From an uncultured Candidatus Rokubacteria bacterium (GTDB lineage: Bacteria > Methylomirabilota > Methylomirabilia > Rokubacteriales > CSP1-6), in contig CAVXJS010000010.1 in NCBI GenBank assembly GCA_963762145.1, positions 32,001 through 96,000 on the forward strand: a stretch of 64,000 bases of DNA, given 5' to 3'. A program made the position numbers and the translations under genes. The notes beneath the pieces were generated by a model that saw only the letters and a program-made list of their open reading frames with translations, had not been told where the DNA came from and did not search any database. Of the stretch, positions 50,644 through 60,019 are shown piece after piece (position 1 is the stretch's first letter; every line of letters starts with the position of its first letter).

Positions 50644-52959
50644 CTAGCCGCGCTCGGGCGATCCCGGGAGCGGCGGTGGGAGCAGGTCCAGGAGCCGTGC
50701 GGGGCCGAGCGGCATCCGCGTGACGCGCCCGCCCCGTGGCCCGACCGCGTCCTCGATCGCCGCGGCGAGCACGGCGGGGACCGCGAGCGCTCCCGATTCG
50801 CCGACGCCCTTGAGGCCGAGCGGGTTCAGGGGCGAGAGCGTCTCGAGGTGGTCGATGACCATGGTCGGCACGTCGGTGGCGGTGGGCAGCAGGTAGTCCA
50901 TGTAGGTCCCGGCCAGGAGCTGGCCGGTCTCGTCGTAGCGGATCTCCTCGAGCAGCGCGCTGCCAATGCCGAGGGCCACCGCGCCCTGGAGCTGGCCCTC
51001 GACCACGAGCGGGTTGATGAGCCGGCCGGAGTCGTGGCCGATCCAGAAGCCCTTGATCCGGACGCATGCGGAGAGGGGATCCAGCTCGACCAGGGCCACC
51101 TGGGCGCCGAACGAATAGGTGATGTCGGTGGGCTGGAAGAAGCGCGTGCTCTCGAGTCCCGGCTCGACGCCGAGCGCGGCTGTCGCGGCGCCGGCCAGGC
51201 GCGCCAGGTCGGCGAAGGTCACGCGGCGCTCGGGCCGCCGTCGGTCGGCGAAGGCCGCGCCCGCCTGCTCGAGATCGGCCTCGGGGCACCCGAGGGCCCG
51301 GCCCGCGAGGAGCCGGGCCTTCGCGCTCACGTCGCGCGCCGCGAGCGCGACCGCGCTTCCGCCCACGACCGCGGCGCGGCTCGCGAACGAGCCGACCCCG
51401 TGCTCGACACCCGCGGTGTCGCCGGTGACGACGGTCACGTCCGCGGGCGTGACGCCGAGCTCGTCGGCCGCCACCTGGGCCAGCGTCGTCTCGAGCCCCT
51501 GGCCCTGGGTGCTCACGCCGCTGAACGCGGTGATGCGCCCTGCCGGATCGACCCGCACGCGCGCGCTCTCGAACGGACCGACGCCGGTCAGCTCCACGTA
51601 GGCCGCGACGCCCACCCCGACGAGCCGGCCCTGGGCGCGCGCGGCGGCGGCCTCGGCGACGAGCGCGTCGTGGCGGGCGCTCTCGAGCGCGCGGCGCACC
51701 ACCGACGGCGGGTCGCCGCTGTCGAGGATCACGTGGCCGCTCCCGCGGTAGTTGGGCAGGCCCGTGTCGTACGGCATGTCCTCGGCGCGCACCAGGTTGG
51801 CCAGCCGCACCTGCGCGCGATCGCGCCCGGTCTCGCGCGCCACCAGGTCCATCGCCCGCTCGATCACGAAGACCGCCTGTGGCTGCCCGGCGCCGCGGTA
51901 CGGGGTGACCGGCACCCGGTGCGTGTAGCGGCTCTCGAAGCTCGACTCGACGGCGGGGATCCGGTAGGGCCCGGTCACCATGGAGGCGCTGAGCAGCGGC
52001 ACCACCAGGCCACGGGGCGTGTACGCCCCGGTGTCGTGCACGAAGCGGTCGCGCAGGGCCAGGAGGCGACCGGTGTCGTCGAAGCCGATCGTCACCTCGT
52101 GCCGCTGCTCGCGCTCCTGGGTGGCGGCCAGCATGTGCTCGAGGCGGTCTTCCAGCCAGCGAACCGGCCGGGCGAGCCTCCGGGCGAGGAAGGGGATCAG
52201 GACGTCCTCGGGATACACGATGAGCTTGGCGCCGAAGCCGCCGCCCACGTCGGGCGCGATCACGCGCACCTGGTGCGGCGCCAGGTCGAGGAGGTCGCCG
52301 ACGAACTGGCGGATCTGGTGCGGCACCTGAGAGGACGCCCACACCGTGAGCTGCTCGAGGGTGGGGTTCCAGTCCGCGACGAGCCCGCGCGTCTCCATCG
52401 GCTGGCCGCCGCCGCGCCCGATGCGCAGCTCGAGCGAGGCCACCCGCGGCGCCGCGCGCAGGGCGGCCTCGACGTCGCCGCGGGCGAGGGTCACGCGGCC
52501 GGCCAGGTTGTCGGGGATGTCGTCGTGGACCGCGGGCGTGCCCGGCTCGAGCGTCTGGGCGGACGGGAGCGGCTCGTACTCGACCTCCAGCAGCTCGCGC
52601 GCGTCCTCCGCCGCGAAGCGGTTCTCCGCCACGATCGCGGCCACCGGCTCGCCCACGAAGCGTGCGCGGTCGCCGGCGAGCGGGAGGAAGTTGCGGCCCC
52701 GCAGCTCGGCGTGCGGGGGCACGATCGGCAGCGCGCGCGCCGCGGCGCCGAGATCGGCGAACGTCACGACGTCCACCACGGCGGGATGCGCTCGGGCGCG
52801 GGCGGCATCCACGCGGACGATGCGCGCGTGGGCGTGCGGGCTCCGCAGCAGCACCGCGTGGAGCATGCCGGGCAGCGCAATATCCCCCACATACCGCCCC
52901 CGCCCGGTGAGCAGCCGCGGGTCCTCCTTGCGCAGATGCCGATCCCCGACGAACTTCAC
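50644..52959 (-). CDS. CoxL/XdhB-like molybdenum hydroxylase large subunit
   Basis: RKEDPRLLTGRG, METRG, DVGGGFGAK, PYRGAGQP, QGQGLET, KGVGESG. Confidence 0.9.
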   Translation of the reverse strand: MKFVGDRHLRKEDPRLLTGRGRYVGDIALPGMLHAVLLRSPHAHARIVRVDAARARAHPAVVDVVTFADLGAAARALPIVPPHAELRGRNFLPLAGDRARFVGEPVAAIVAENRFAAEDARELLEVEYEPLPSAQTLEPGTPAVHDDIPDNLAGRVTLARGDVEAALRAAPRVASLELRIGRGGGQPMETRGLVADWNPTLEQLTVWASSQVPHQIRQFVGDLLDLAPHQVRVIAPDVGGGFGAKLIVYPEDVLIPFLARRLARPVRWLEDRLEHMLAATQEREQRHEVTIGFDDTGRLLALRDRFVHDTGAYTPRGLVVPLLSASMVTGPYRIPAVESSFESRYTHRVPVTPYRGAGQPQAVFVIERAMDLVARETGRDRAQVRLANLVRAEDMPYDTGLPNYRGSGHVILDSGDPPSVVRRALESARHDALVAEAAAARAQGRLVGVGVAAYVELTGVGPFESARVRVDPAGRITAFSGVSTQGQGLETTLAQVAADELGVTPADVTVVTGDTAGVEHGVGSFASRAAVVGGSAVALAARDVSAKARLLAGRALGCPEADLEQAGAAFADRRRPERRVTFADLARLAGAATAALGVEPGLESTRFFQPTDITYSFGAQVALVELDPLSACVRIKGFWIGHDSGRLINPLVVEGQLQGAVALGIGSALLEEIRYDETGQLLAGTYMDYLLPTATDVPTMVIDHLETLSPLNPLGLKGVGESGALAVPAVLAAAIEDAVGPRGGRVTRMPLGPARLLDLLPPPLPGSPERG

Positions 52960-53495
52960 GCAATCCCCGCTGTACCCTCTCCCCTCTGGGGAGAGGGCAG
53001 GGTGAGGGGGCGCCCGGTCGCGGCCACATCCAGCGCAGCCTGCACGATGTGCTGGTACCCGGTGCACCGGCAGAGATTGCCCGACAGCGCCTCGCGGACC
53101 TCCGTCTCCGACGGCGCGGGGTGGAGCTCGAGGTACGCGACCAGCGTCATCAGGATGCCCGGCGTGCAGAACCCGCACTGCAGCGCATGGCGGGTCCGGA
53201 ACGCCTCCTGCAGCGGGTGCAGACGCCCGTCGCCGTTCGCGAGGCCCTCGACGGTCTCCACGCGGCAGCCGTCGGCCTGCACCGCGAACATGAGGCAGGC
53301 CCGCGTGGGCTCGCCGTCCACCAGCACGGTGCACGCCCCGCAGGCGCCGTGCTCGCAGCCGAGGTGCGTGCCGGTGAGCCCCCACTCGTCGCGAAGCACG
53401 TCCGCCAGGAGCATGCGCGGAATCACGCGCGCCCGGCGCTCGGTGCCGTTCACGGTCACCGCGATGTCGTGCGCGACGGCGCCGGGTGTCGTCAC
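52956..53495 (-). CDS. CoxS-like 2x[2Fe-2S] subunit
   Basis: GCEHGACGAC, QCGFCTPG, NLCRCTGY. Confidence 0.92.
   Translation of the reverse strand: MTTPGAVAHDIAVTVNGTERRARVIPRMLLADVLRDEWGLTGTHLGCEHGACGACTVLVDGEPTRACLMFAVQADGCRVETVEGLANGDGRLHPLQEAFRTRHALQCGFCTPGILMTLVAYLELHPAPSETEVREALSGNLCRCTGYQHIVQAALDVAATGRPLTLPSPQRGEGTAGIA
52974..53010. repeat. BoxC/REP-like element inside the coxS 3' end
   Basis: ACCCTCTCCCCTCTGGGGAGAGGGCAGGGTGAGGGGG, translated as PLTLPSPQRGEG. Confidence 0.8.
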
Positions 53496-54364
53496 GCCGC
53501 CTCCGCCCGCGCGGCCGCCTGGCCGAGCGCCCGCGCGGCCAGGCCCGCCGCGACGTGACGGCGGTACGCCGCGGTGGCGTGCAGATCGTCCCGCGCGTCG
53601 ATCTCGCCGGCGCCCGCGCGCCCCGCCTCGGCGAGCCGCGCCGGCGCCAGCCGCTCGCCGATCAGCGCCGCCCCGGCGCGCGCCAGGTGCGGCCGGTCGC
53701 CCGCGCCGAAGATCACGAGTTGCGCGGCCCGGCACACGCTGCCCGCGTCCAGCGCGAGCACGGCGCACGCGCCGACCAGCGCGAAGTCCCCGTGCCGCCG
53801 CGCCACCTCGGCGAAGCCGTGCCCGGTCCGCGGCGCCGCGGGCGCGGGCAGCTCGACCTCCGCGAGGAGCTCATCGGGCTCGAGCGCGGTCGTCAGCAGC
53901 CCGCGGAAGAAGTCGTCGGCGCGGCACGTCCGCGCCGCCCGCGCGCTCCGCAGGTGGAAGACCGCGTCCAGGGCGATCATGCAGGCCGGCAGCTCGGCGG
54001 CGGGATCGGCGTGCACCAGGCTGCCCCCGACGGTGCCGCGGGCCCGCGTCTGGAGATGCCCGATCAGCGGCGCCGCCTCCGCGAGGAGGGGCGCGGCGCG
54101 GGCCACTCGCCCGTCGCGCTCGAGGGCGTGCTGGCGCACCAGCGCGCCGAGGCGCAGCCCGCCCGCGTCCTCGCGGAGCGCCCCGAGCCCGGCCACGCGG
54201 TTCAGATCCACCACGACCGCGGGGCGCACCAGGCGCATGTTCATCATCGGCACCAGGCTCTGGCCGCCGGCCAGGAGCTTGGCTTCGTCTCCGTGGCGGG
54301 CGAGGAGGTCGAGGGCCTCCTCCACCGTCCGCGGCGCGACGTAGTCGAACGGAGCGGGCCGCAC
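53492..54364 (-). CDS. CoxM-like FAD-binding subunit
   Basis: LLAGGQSL, RGTVGGSLVHADPAAE, RRHGDFA. Confidence 0.92.
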   Translation of the reverse strand: MRPAPFDYVAPRTVEEALDLLARHGDEAKLLAGGQSLVPMMNMRLVRPAVVVDLNRVAGLGALREDAGGLRLGALVRQHALERDGRVARAAPLLAEAAPLIGHLQTRARGTVGGSLVHADPAAELPACMIALDAVFHLRSARAARTCRADDFFRGLLTTALEPDELLAEVELPAPAAPRTGHGFAEVARRHGDFALVGACAVLALDAGSVCRAAQLVIFGAGDRPHLARAGAALIGERLAPARLAEAGRAGAGEIDARDDLHATAAYRRHVAAGLAARALGQAAARAEAA

Positions 54365-54373
54365 GCGCGCGGG

Positions 54374-55279
54374 CTAGACCTTCCCGAGCTTCGGGTGGTC
54401 GAACATCGGGAGGTTCACGCCCCAGGGCTGCATCCGGGCGCGGATCTTCTTGATGAACTGCGGCACGATGCGCATCTCGTCCTCGGGCGTGGTGCCGCCG
54501 AGGCCGGCCTCGCAGGCGACGCGGTCGGCGTCGATCTCGAGCGGTGTCGCGGTGCCGCCCTCGACGGCCAGCCAGAGGTTGCGGTAGCCGTTGAACTCCA
54601 CGTTCTGGATCATCTGCGTCACCGCGCGCTCGATGTTCTTCACGGTCTCCGGCGTGAAGCTCGGGGCCCACGCGTCCAGGCACTGCCAGCCGAAGGCGAT
54701 GTGCCGCACCTCGTCGCGCAGGATCAGCTCCATCAGCCGGCGCACCGCCGGGTTCGTGGCCTTGTGGACGGTGGCCTTGAAGGCGTCGATCAGGATCTCC
54801 TCGGCGGCGCAGACCAGGCTCGCGAAGATGCCCTCGAGCGAGGTATCCGGGTCGAAGGCCATCCGCCGCACTCCGTGCGTACCAACCGCACTGACGGTGG
54901 GCGGGTTCTGGGGCTGGGGGAAGTAGCCGCCGAGGCGCTCGGCCATGAGCCAGGACGCCTCGGCGTGGCGGCCTTCCTCCTGCGTGCGCATGGTGAAGAA
55001 GAAGCGCAGGTCCGGGAGACGGTTCTCGAGGCAGAAGCGCAGGAGCAGGGCCGGGCTCTCCGAGATGGCGCCGTACTCGCCCCAGGTCCGGCGGCTCCAG
55101 TGCAGGCGCGCGGCCATGATCTGCGCCTCGGGATAGCGCTCCGGATGCAGCTCTTCCCATGGAATATCCGTCTCCGGATCCCACTCGAGCGTCTTGGCCC
55201 GCTGCCACAGCTCCCAGACGTCGGGCATGGCGGAGGCGAGCTCGAGCGGATAGCGGGTCTCGGCGAGATAGGCGCTCAT
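54374..55279 (-). CDS. ferritin-like diiron protein, complete ligand set
   Basis: WDPETDIPW, WGEY, EEGRH, AAEE, DEVRH. Confidence 0.8.
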   Translation of the reverse strand: MSAYLAETRYPLELASAMPDVWELWQRAKTLEWDPETDIPWEELHPERYPEAQIMAARLHWSRRTWGEYGAISESPALLLRFCLENRLPDLRFFFTMRTQEEGRHAEASWLMAERLGGYFPQPQNPPTVSAVGTHGVRRMAFDPDTSLEGIFASLVCAAEEILIDAFKATVHKATNPAVRRLMELILRDEVRHIAFGWQCLDAWAPSFTPETVKNIERAVTQMIQNVEFNGYRNLWLAVEGGTATPLEIDADRVACEAGLGGTTPEDEMRIVPQFIKKIRARMQPWGVNLPMFDHPKLGKV

Positions 55280-55313
55280 GACGGGATCCTCCCCGGGGTG
55301 CGTGGACGGCGCG

Positions 55314-56255
55314 TCATGCGCGCCCGAGCTCCGGATGATCGATGTGAGGCAGCGTGACGTCCCAGCCGGCGAGCCGCTCGCGCACCTGGGCGAGCGTGGC
55401 GCGGACCACCGCCTTCTCCTGGGCGACGGTGGAGGCGCCGAGGCCGTGCTCGGCGGTGAGGGCCTCGGCGGCGAGCAGCGGCTCGCGGGCCTCCGCGGGC
55501 AGCAGCCACGTGTTCCGGTAGCCGGCGAGGATCACGCGCTCCAGCATATCGCGAACCGCCGCCCCCACGGCGGCACGGCCGGCCGGGTCGAGGCCGGGGA
55601 GCCGGTCACCGAGCAACGTCCACGCGAACAGCACGTGGCGCTGCTTGTCGCCGGCCACCAGCCTCAGGATCTGGCGCGCGGTCTCGTCCCGGCTGCGCTG
55701 CAGATGGCTCAGGCAGAGATCGAGGTCGAGCTGGTCGTCGAGGGCGCCGAGCGCGGCCACCACCGCCTCCACCGACACGTCGGGATCGAGCGCCATCTGG
55801 GCGAACGGCTGGTTGCTCGCCCGCGCGACGGCCGCCCCGGGCGTCGACTCGTAGCCCCCCAGCTGTTGCGCGAAGAGGTAGCACGCCTCGAGCTGCTTGG
55901 CCTCCTCGGCGGGACGGAAGGAGAGGAAGAGCTTGGCGTCCATGCCGGCCGCGCCGGACTCCAGGCAGAACCGGATCAGCAGCGCGGTGTTCTCGCCCAG
56001 CCCCGGGTACGTGCCCCAGGCCCGGCGGCTCCACACCAGGCGCGCGGCCTCCAGCACCGCCGGCGGGTACGCCCTGGCGTCGAAGCGGCTCCACGCGATG
56101 TCGGTCTCCGGGTTCCAGCGGAACCGCTTGGCCTGGCGGTACAGCTCGCGCAGCGTCGGGTTCTCCGACGCAAAGCGCAGCGGGAAGCGCCGCTCCACGA
56201 AGCGCTTCTCCTGCGCCTGATACCCCCGCAGCAGCCGATCGCTCGTCTCCGACAT
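55314..56255 (-). CDS. ferritin-like paralogue with degenerate metal ligands
   Basis: Aligns by eye to 54374-55279 (WNPETDIAW, WSRRAWG, RFCLE, LGGY, GYRN) but has WGTY, EEAKQ, LDDQ, DKQRH. Confidence 0.75.
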   Translation of the reverse strand: MSETSDRLLRGYQAQEKRFVERRFPLRFASENPTLRELYRQAKRFRWNPETDIAWSRFDARAYPPAVLEAARLVWSRRAWGTYPGLGENTALLIRFCLESGAAGMDAKLFLSFRPAEEAKQLEACYLFAQQLGGYESTPGAAVARASNQPFAQMALDPDVSVEAVVAALGALDDQLDLDLCLSHLQRSRDETARQILRLVAGDKQRHVLFAWTLLGDRLPGLDPAGRAAVGAAVRDMLERVILAGYRNTWLLPAEAREPLLAAEALTAEHGLGASTVAQEKAVVRATLAQVRERLAGWDVTLPHIDHPELGRA

Positions 56256-56269
56256 GCCGTCGAGCCTTT

Positions 56270-56986
56270 CTATCCGCCAAGGTAGGCGGCCTTGAGCTGA
56301 TCGTTCGCGAGCAGGTCCGCGGAGGCGCCCGAGAGCGCCACGCGGCCCACCTCGAGCACGTAGGCGCGGTCCGCGAACCGCAGCGCCAGGCGCGCGTTCT
56401 GCTCCACGAGCAGGATCGTGGTGCCCGTCTCCCGGAGCCGCGCGAGCAGCTTCATGATCTCCTGCACGACCAGCGGCGCCAGCCCCAGGGACGGCTCGTC
56501 GCACAGGAGCAGGCGAGGCCGGCTCATGAGGGCGCGCCCGATCGCGAGCATCTGCTGCTCGCCGCCCGACAGCGTGCCCGCGAGCTGGCCGCTCCGCTGG
56601 CGCAGCACCGGGAAGAGAGTATACGCGGTGTCCAGGCTGGCCTCGAGGGCGCGCCGGAACTCGCGGCCCCGGGGCAGCGCGTAGCCGCCCAGCTCCAGGT
56701 TGTCCCGCACCGTGAGATCGCCGAAGATCCGCCGCCGCTCCGGGACCAGCGCGGCTCCGGCCCGGAGGATCGTCTCGGGGGCCCGGCCGGTCACGTCCTG
56801 CCCGTCGAGCGTGACCCGGCCCGCCGACGGCTCGAGCAGCCCGGCGACCGCCCGCAGCAGCGTGGACTTGCCCGCGCCGTTGGCGCCGATCAGCGCCACC
56901 AGCTCGCCCGCGCGGACCTCGAGGGAGACGTCTCGCAGCGCGTGCACCGGGCCGTAGCGCGCGGAGAGCCCGCTCACCTCAAGCAA
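56270..56986 (-). CDS. branched-chain amino acid-type ABC ATPase, LivF-like
   Basis: GANGAGKS, LSGGEQQMLAIGRAL, DEPSLGLAP, VEQN. Confidence 0.92.
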   Translation of the reverse strand: MLEVSGLSARYGPVHALRDVSLEVRAGELVALIGANGAGKSTLLRAVAGLLEPSAGRVTLDGQDVTGRAPETILRAGAALVPERRRIFGDLTVRDNLELGGYALPRGREFRRALEASLDTAYTLFPVLRQRSGQLAGTLSGGEQQMLAIGRALMSRPRLLLCDEPSLGLAPLVVQEIMKLLARLRETGTTILLVEQNARLALRFADRAYVLEVGRVALSGASADLLANDQLKAAYLGG

Positions 56987-58793
56987 CGGCGGCCACGTCC
57001 TCGCCGAGATAGACGCGGATCACCGCCGGATCGCGCTGCACCTCGGCGGGCGCGCCTTCGGCGATCTTCTCGCCGTGGTCCAGCACCACCACCTGGTCCG
57101 AGACGCCCATCACCAGGCGCATGTCGTGCTCGATGAGCAGCACCGAGATCCCGCCGTCCCGCACCCGCGCGATCAGCCGCATCATCTCGACCTTCTCGGG
57201 GGTGTTGAGCCCCGCGGCGGGCTCGTCGAGGAGGAGCAGCGTCGGCTCGGCGGCGAGCGCGCGCGCCAGCTCCACGAGCTTCTGCTGACCGAAGGCGAGG
57301 CCGGCGGCGGGCACCCGCGCGAGCGCCTCGAGGCCCACGGTGGCCAGCGCCCGCTCGGCGCGCGCGACGTGGGCGCGGGACTGCCGGCGCGGGCCGGGCA
57401 GGGCGAGGGCCGCGCCGAGGAAGCCGCCGGGATCGTCGCGCTCGCAGCCGATCATCACGTTCTCGAGCACGGCCAGGCCCGGGAAGAGCTGGATGTTCTG
57501 GAACGTGCGCGAGAGCCCGAGCCGAGCCAGGCGATGGGCGGGCAGGCCGGTCAGCGACCGGCCGCGCAGCCGCACCTGGCCGGCCGTCGGCGCGTAGAAG
57601 CCGCTGATCACGTTGAAGAGCGTGGTCTTGCCCGCGCCGTTGGGGCCGATGACCGCCTTGATCTCGCCCTCGGCCACGTCGAAGGAGCACTCGCGCACGG
57701 CGCGCACGCCGCCGAACTGCTTGGTGACGCCGCGGACTTCGAGGAGCGGTGCCGCACCGGTGCGCGGCGCGGGGAGGGGAGCCGACCGGGCGGGCTCGGA
57801 TCCGGCGGCGGCGCCGGCGGCCCGCTCGGCGACGGGCACCGTCGCGGCTGTCGCGCCGCGCACGAACAGGCCGGCGATGCCGCGCGGGAGGAACAGCATC
57901 ACGACGATGAGCACGAGGCCGTAGAGCGGCACCTCCCAGTCGCCGAAGCGGCGCAGCGCCTCCGGCAGGACGGTGAGGAGGACCGCGCCCACCACCGCGC
58001 CCCAGTAGAGGCCGATCCCGCCGATGGCCACCATCAGCACCAGCACGACCGAGAAGAGGAAGGAGTAGATCTCGGGGCTGATCACCGTGATGTAGTGCGC
58101 GTAGAGGCTCCCGGCCACCGAGGCGTACATCGCGGACAGGACGAAGACTCGCCGCTTCTCCGCCGCGGTGTCGATTCCCATCGCCTCCGCCGCGGCCTCG
58201 CTCTCGCCGAGCGCGCGCAGCACCCGCCCCACGCGCGAGTTGACGAGGTTACGGGCCATCCAGAGGGCCAGGCCCGCCACGGCCCACACCAGCCAGTAGT
58301 GATGCGTGGCGGTGACGAAGCGCAGCGGCCCGACGTCCCAGGGCAGGATGCCCGCGAGCCCGGACGACCCCCCGGTGATCCCGTGGAGCTGCGTGAAGGC
58401 CAGCTGGAGCACGAGGCCGATGCCGAGCGTGGCCATGCCGAGGTAGTAGGACTTGAGCCGCAGCGTCGGGATGCCGACGAGATAAGCGAGCGCGCCGGTG
58501 GCCACCGCCGCGATCGGCGCGCCCAGCCAGGGCGACAGCCCGTAGCGCACCGAGAGCACCGCCGAGACGTAGGCGCCGAGGCCGTAGAAGCCGGCGTGGC
58601 CGAGGGAGACCTGGCCCGCATAGCCCATCACCAGGTTGAGCCCGACCGCGAGGATGACGTAGAGGCCGGCCAGCACCGCCACGTGGACGAGGTACTGGTT
58701 GGGCAGTAGCCACGGCACCACGGCCACCATCGCCAGGAAGGCCAGGAGCGCCCGGCCGGAGACCCGGCCGGGCAGCCGCGCCACCTCGTCCAC
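56979..58793 (-). CDS. fused LivM-like permease / LivG-like ATPase
   Basis: GYAGQVSLGH permease, Ala/Pro linker, GPNGAGKT, RTFQN, LDEPAAG, IEHDM. Confidence 0.9.
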   Translation of the reverse strand: MDEVARLPGRVSGRALLAFLAMVAVVPWLLPNQYLVHVAVLAGLYVILAVGLNLVMGYAGQVSLGHAGFYGLGAYVSAVLSVRYGLSPWLGAPIAAVATGALAYLVGIPTLRLKSYYLGMATLGIGLVLQLAFTQLHGITGGSSGLAGILPWDVGPLRFVTATHHYWLVWAVAGLALWMARNLVNSRVGRVLRALGESEAAAEAMGIDTAAEKRRVFVLSAMYASVAGSLYAHYITVISPEIYSFLFSVVLVLMVAIGGIGLYWGAVVGAVLLTVLPEALRRFGDWEVPLYGLVLIVVMLFLPRGIAGLFVRGATAATVPVAERAAGAAAGSEPARSAPLPAPRTGAAPLLEVRGVTKQFGGVRAVRECSFDVAEGEIKAVIGPNGAGKTTLFNVISGFYAPTAGQVRLRGRSLTGLPAHRLARLGLSRTFQNIQLFPGLAVLENVMIGCERDDPGGFLGAALALPGPRRQSRAHVARAERALATVGLEALARVPAAGLAFGQQKLVELARALAAEPTLLLLDEPAAGLNTPEKVEMMRLIARVRDGGISVLLIEHDMRLVMGVSDQVVVLDHGEKIAEGAPAEVQRDPAVIRVYLGEDVAAVA

Positions 58794-58799
58794 GGTCGG

Positions 58800-59969
58800 C
58801 TAGAGATCCACCAGACGGAACTTGCCCTGGCGCCACTCGATCATCACGACATCGCTCTTGGCGAGGCCCCAGTGCTTCTGCGGCGTGAAGGTGAAGACGC
58901 CGCCCACGCCCTTGTACTCGCGGACGTGCTCCTCCAGCCCGGCGCGGATCTTCCCGCGCTCGCTGCTGCCCGCGCGGGTGATGGCCTGGGCCACCATGCC
59001 CACTCCGTCCCACGCCTGGCCGCCGTAGACGTCGGTCTCCTCGTTGTAGCGGGCGCGGTAACGGGTCTTGTAGTCGAGGATGGTGGCCTTGATGGGATCG
59101 GTGTCGGGCAGCTGCTCGGCGATCGGGAACTTGAGCGACGTGAGCAGCAGGCCCTCGGCGGCGTCGCCCGCCAGGGTCATGTAGCGGTCGGCCACGAAGC
59201 CGAAGCCGTGCACCAGCATCTGCTTGAGCCCGAGCTGCTGGGCGTTCTTGAGGAACACCACGCCCGCCGGCGTCACCGTCCAGCAGATGATGGCCTTGGC
59301 GTTGCTGCCCCGGATGCGGGTCAGCTGGGTCGTGAGGTCGTTGTCGCCGGGGCCGAACTCCTCGTAGACCACGTTGAGCCCGGCGGCCGGGGCCTGCGCC
59401 CGGAGCTGATCCCGCGCGCTGGCGCCGAACGCCCCGGTGTCGCTCAGCATGGCCACGTCCGTGATGCCGCGCTTCTTGAAGAAGTCGATCAGGCGCGCGA
59501 TGACCTCCACGTCATTCACGGTGGACTTGAAGACCCACGCGCGGTCCTTCACCGGCTCCACCAGCGCGGTGGCGCCGGAGACGCTCATCAGCGGCACCTC
59601 GGCCCGCTGCACGCTCGGCACCAGGGCCAGCCCGATGTCGCTGCGATTGCCGTCGCCGACGATGGCCTCGACCCCGTCCTGCTCGATCAGCCGCTTGGCC
59701 GCGAGGACGGCCTTGGTGGACTCGCTGCCCGCGTCGTAGAGCGTGAGGTCGATGCGCCGGCCGCCGAGCCCGCCCTTCTTGTTGGTCTCCTCCACGAAGA
59801 GCTCGACGGAGCGCTTCATGCGGTCGCCCAGGAAGGCGGCGGGGCCGGTGTAGGAGAAGATGCTGCCGAGCTTGATCGGGGCGCCCTGCGCCCAGCTCGA
59901 GCCGGGGGCAAGAAGGCCGGCGGCCATCGCGCCGCCCAGGGTCGTGGTGAACTGTCGTCGTGTGAGCAT
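58800..59969 (-). CDS. Liv-type ABC substrate-binding protein with Tat signal
   Basis: MLTRRQF, TGPAAFLG, NKKGGLGGR, GVGGVFTF; GGAG RBS. Confidence 0.9.
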   Translation of the reverse strand: MLTRRQFTTTLGGAMAAGLLAPGSSWAQGAPIKLGSIFSYTGPAAFLGDRMKRSVELFVEETNKKGGLGGRRIDLTLYDAGSESTKAVLAAKRLIEQDGVEAIVGDGNRSDIGLALVPSVQRAEVPLMSVSGATALVEPVKDRAWVFKSTVNDVEVIARLIDFFKKRGITDVAMLSDTGAFGASARDQLRAQAPAAGLNVVYEEFGPGDNDLTTQLTRIRGSNAKAIICWTVTPAGVVFLKNAQQLGLKQMLVHGFGFVADRYMTLAGDAAEGLLLTSLKFPIAEQLPDTDPIKATILDYKTRYRARYNEETDVYGGQAWDGVGMVAQAITRAGSSERGKIRAGLEEHVREYKGVGGVFTFTPQKHWGLAKSDVVMIEWRQGKFRLVDL

Positions 59970-60019
59970 GAAATCTCCGTGCCGCGCCCGGGTGCCGGCG
60001 CGCCGATCGAGGTGAGCGC

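Noticed and set aside
50644-54364. Aerobic CO dehydrogenase
   Set aside because: The active-site loop is PYRGAGQ, not the form I AYxCSFR, and no coxDEFG genes are present, so the substrate is unknown.
48823-54453. 1876-aa plus-strand ORF and many other long overlapping ORFs
   Set aside because: These are antisense shadows of real genes, caused by stop-codon scarcity at high GC, and show no recognisable motifs.
56979-58793. LivM-LivG fusion as a novelty
   Set aside because: The fusion looks real but is a common architecture.
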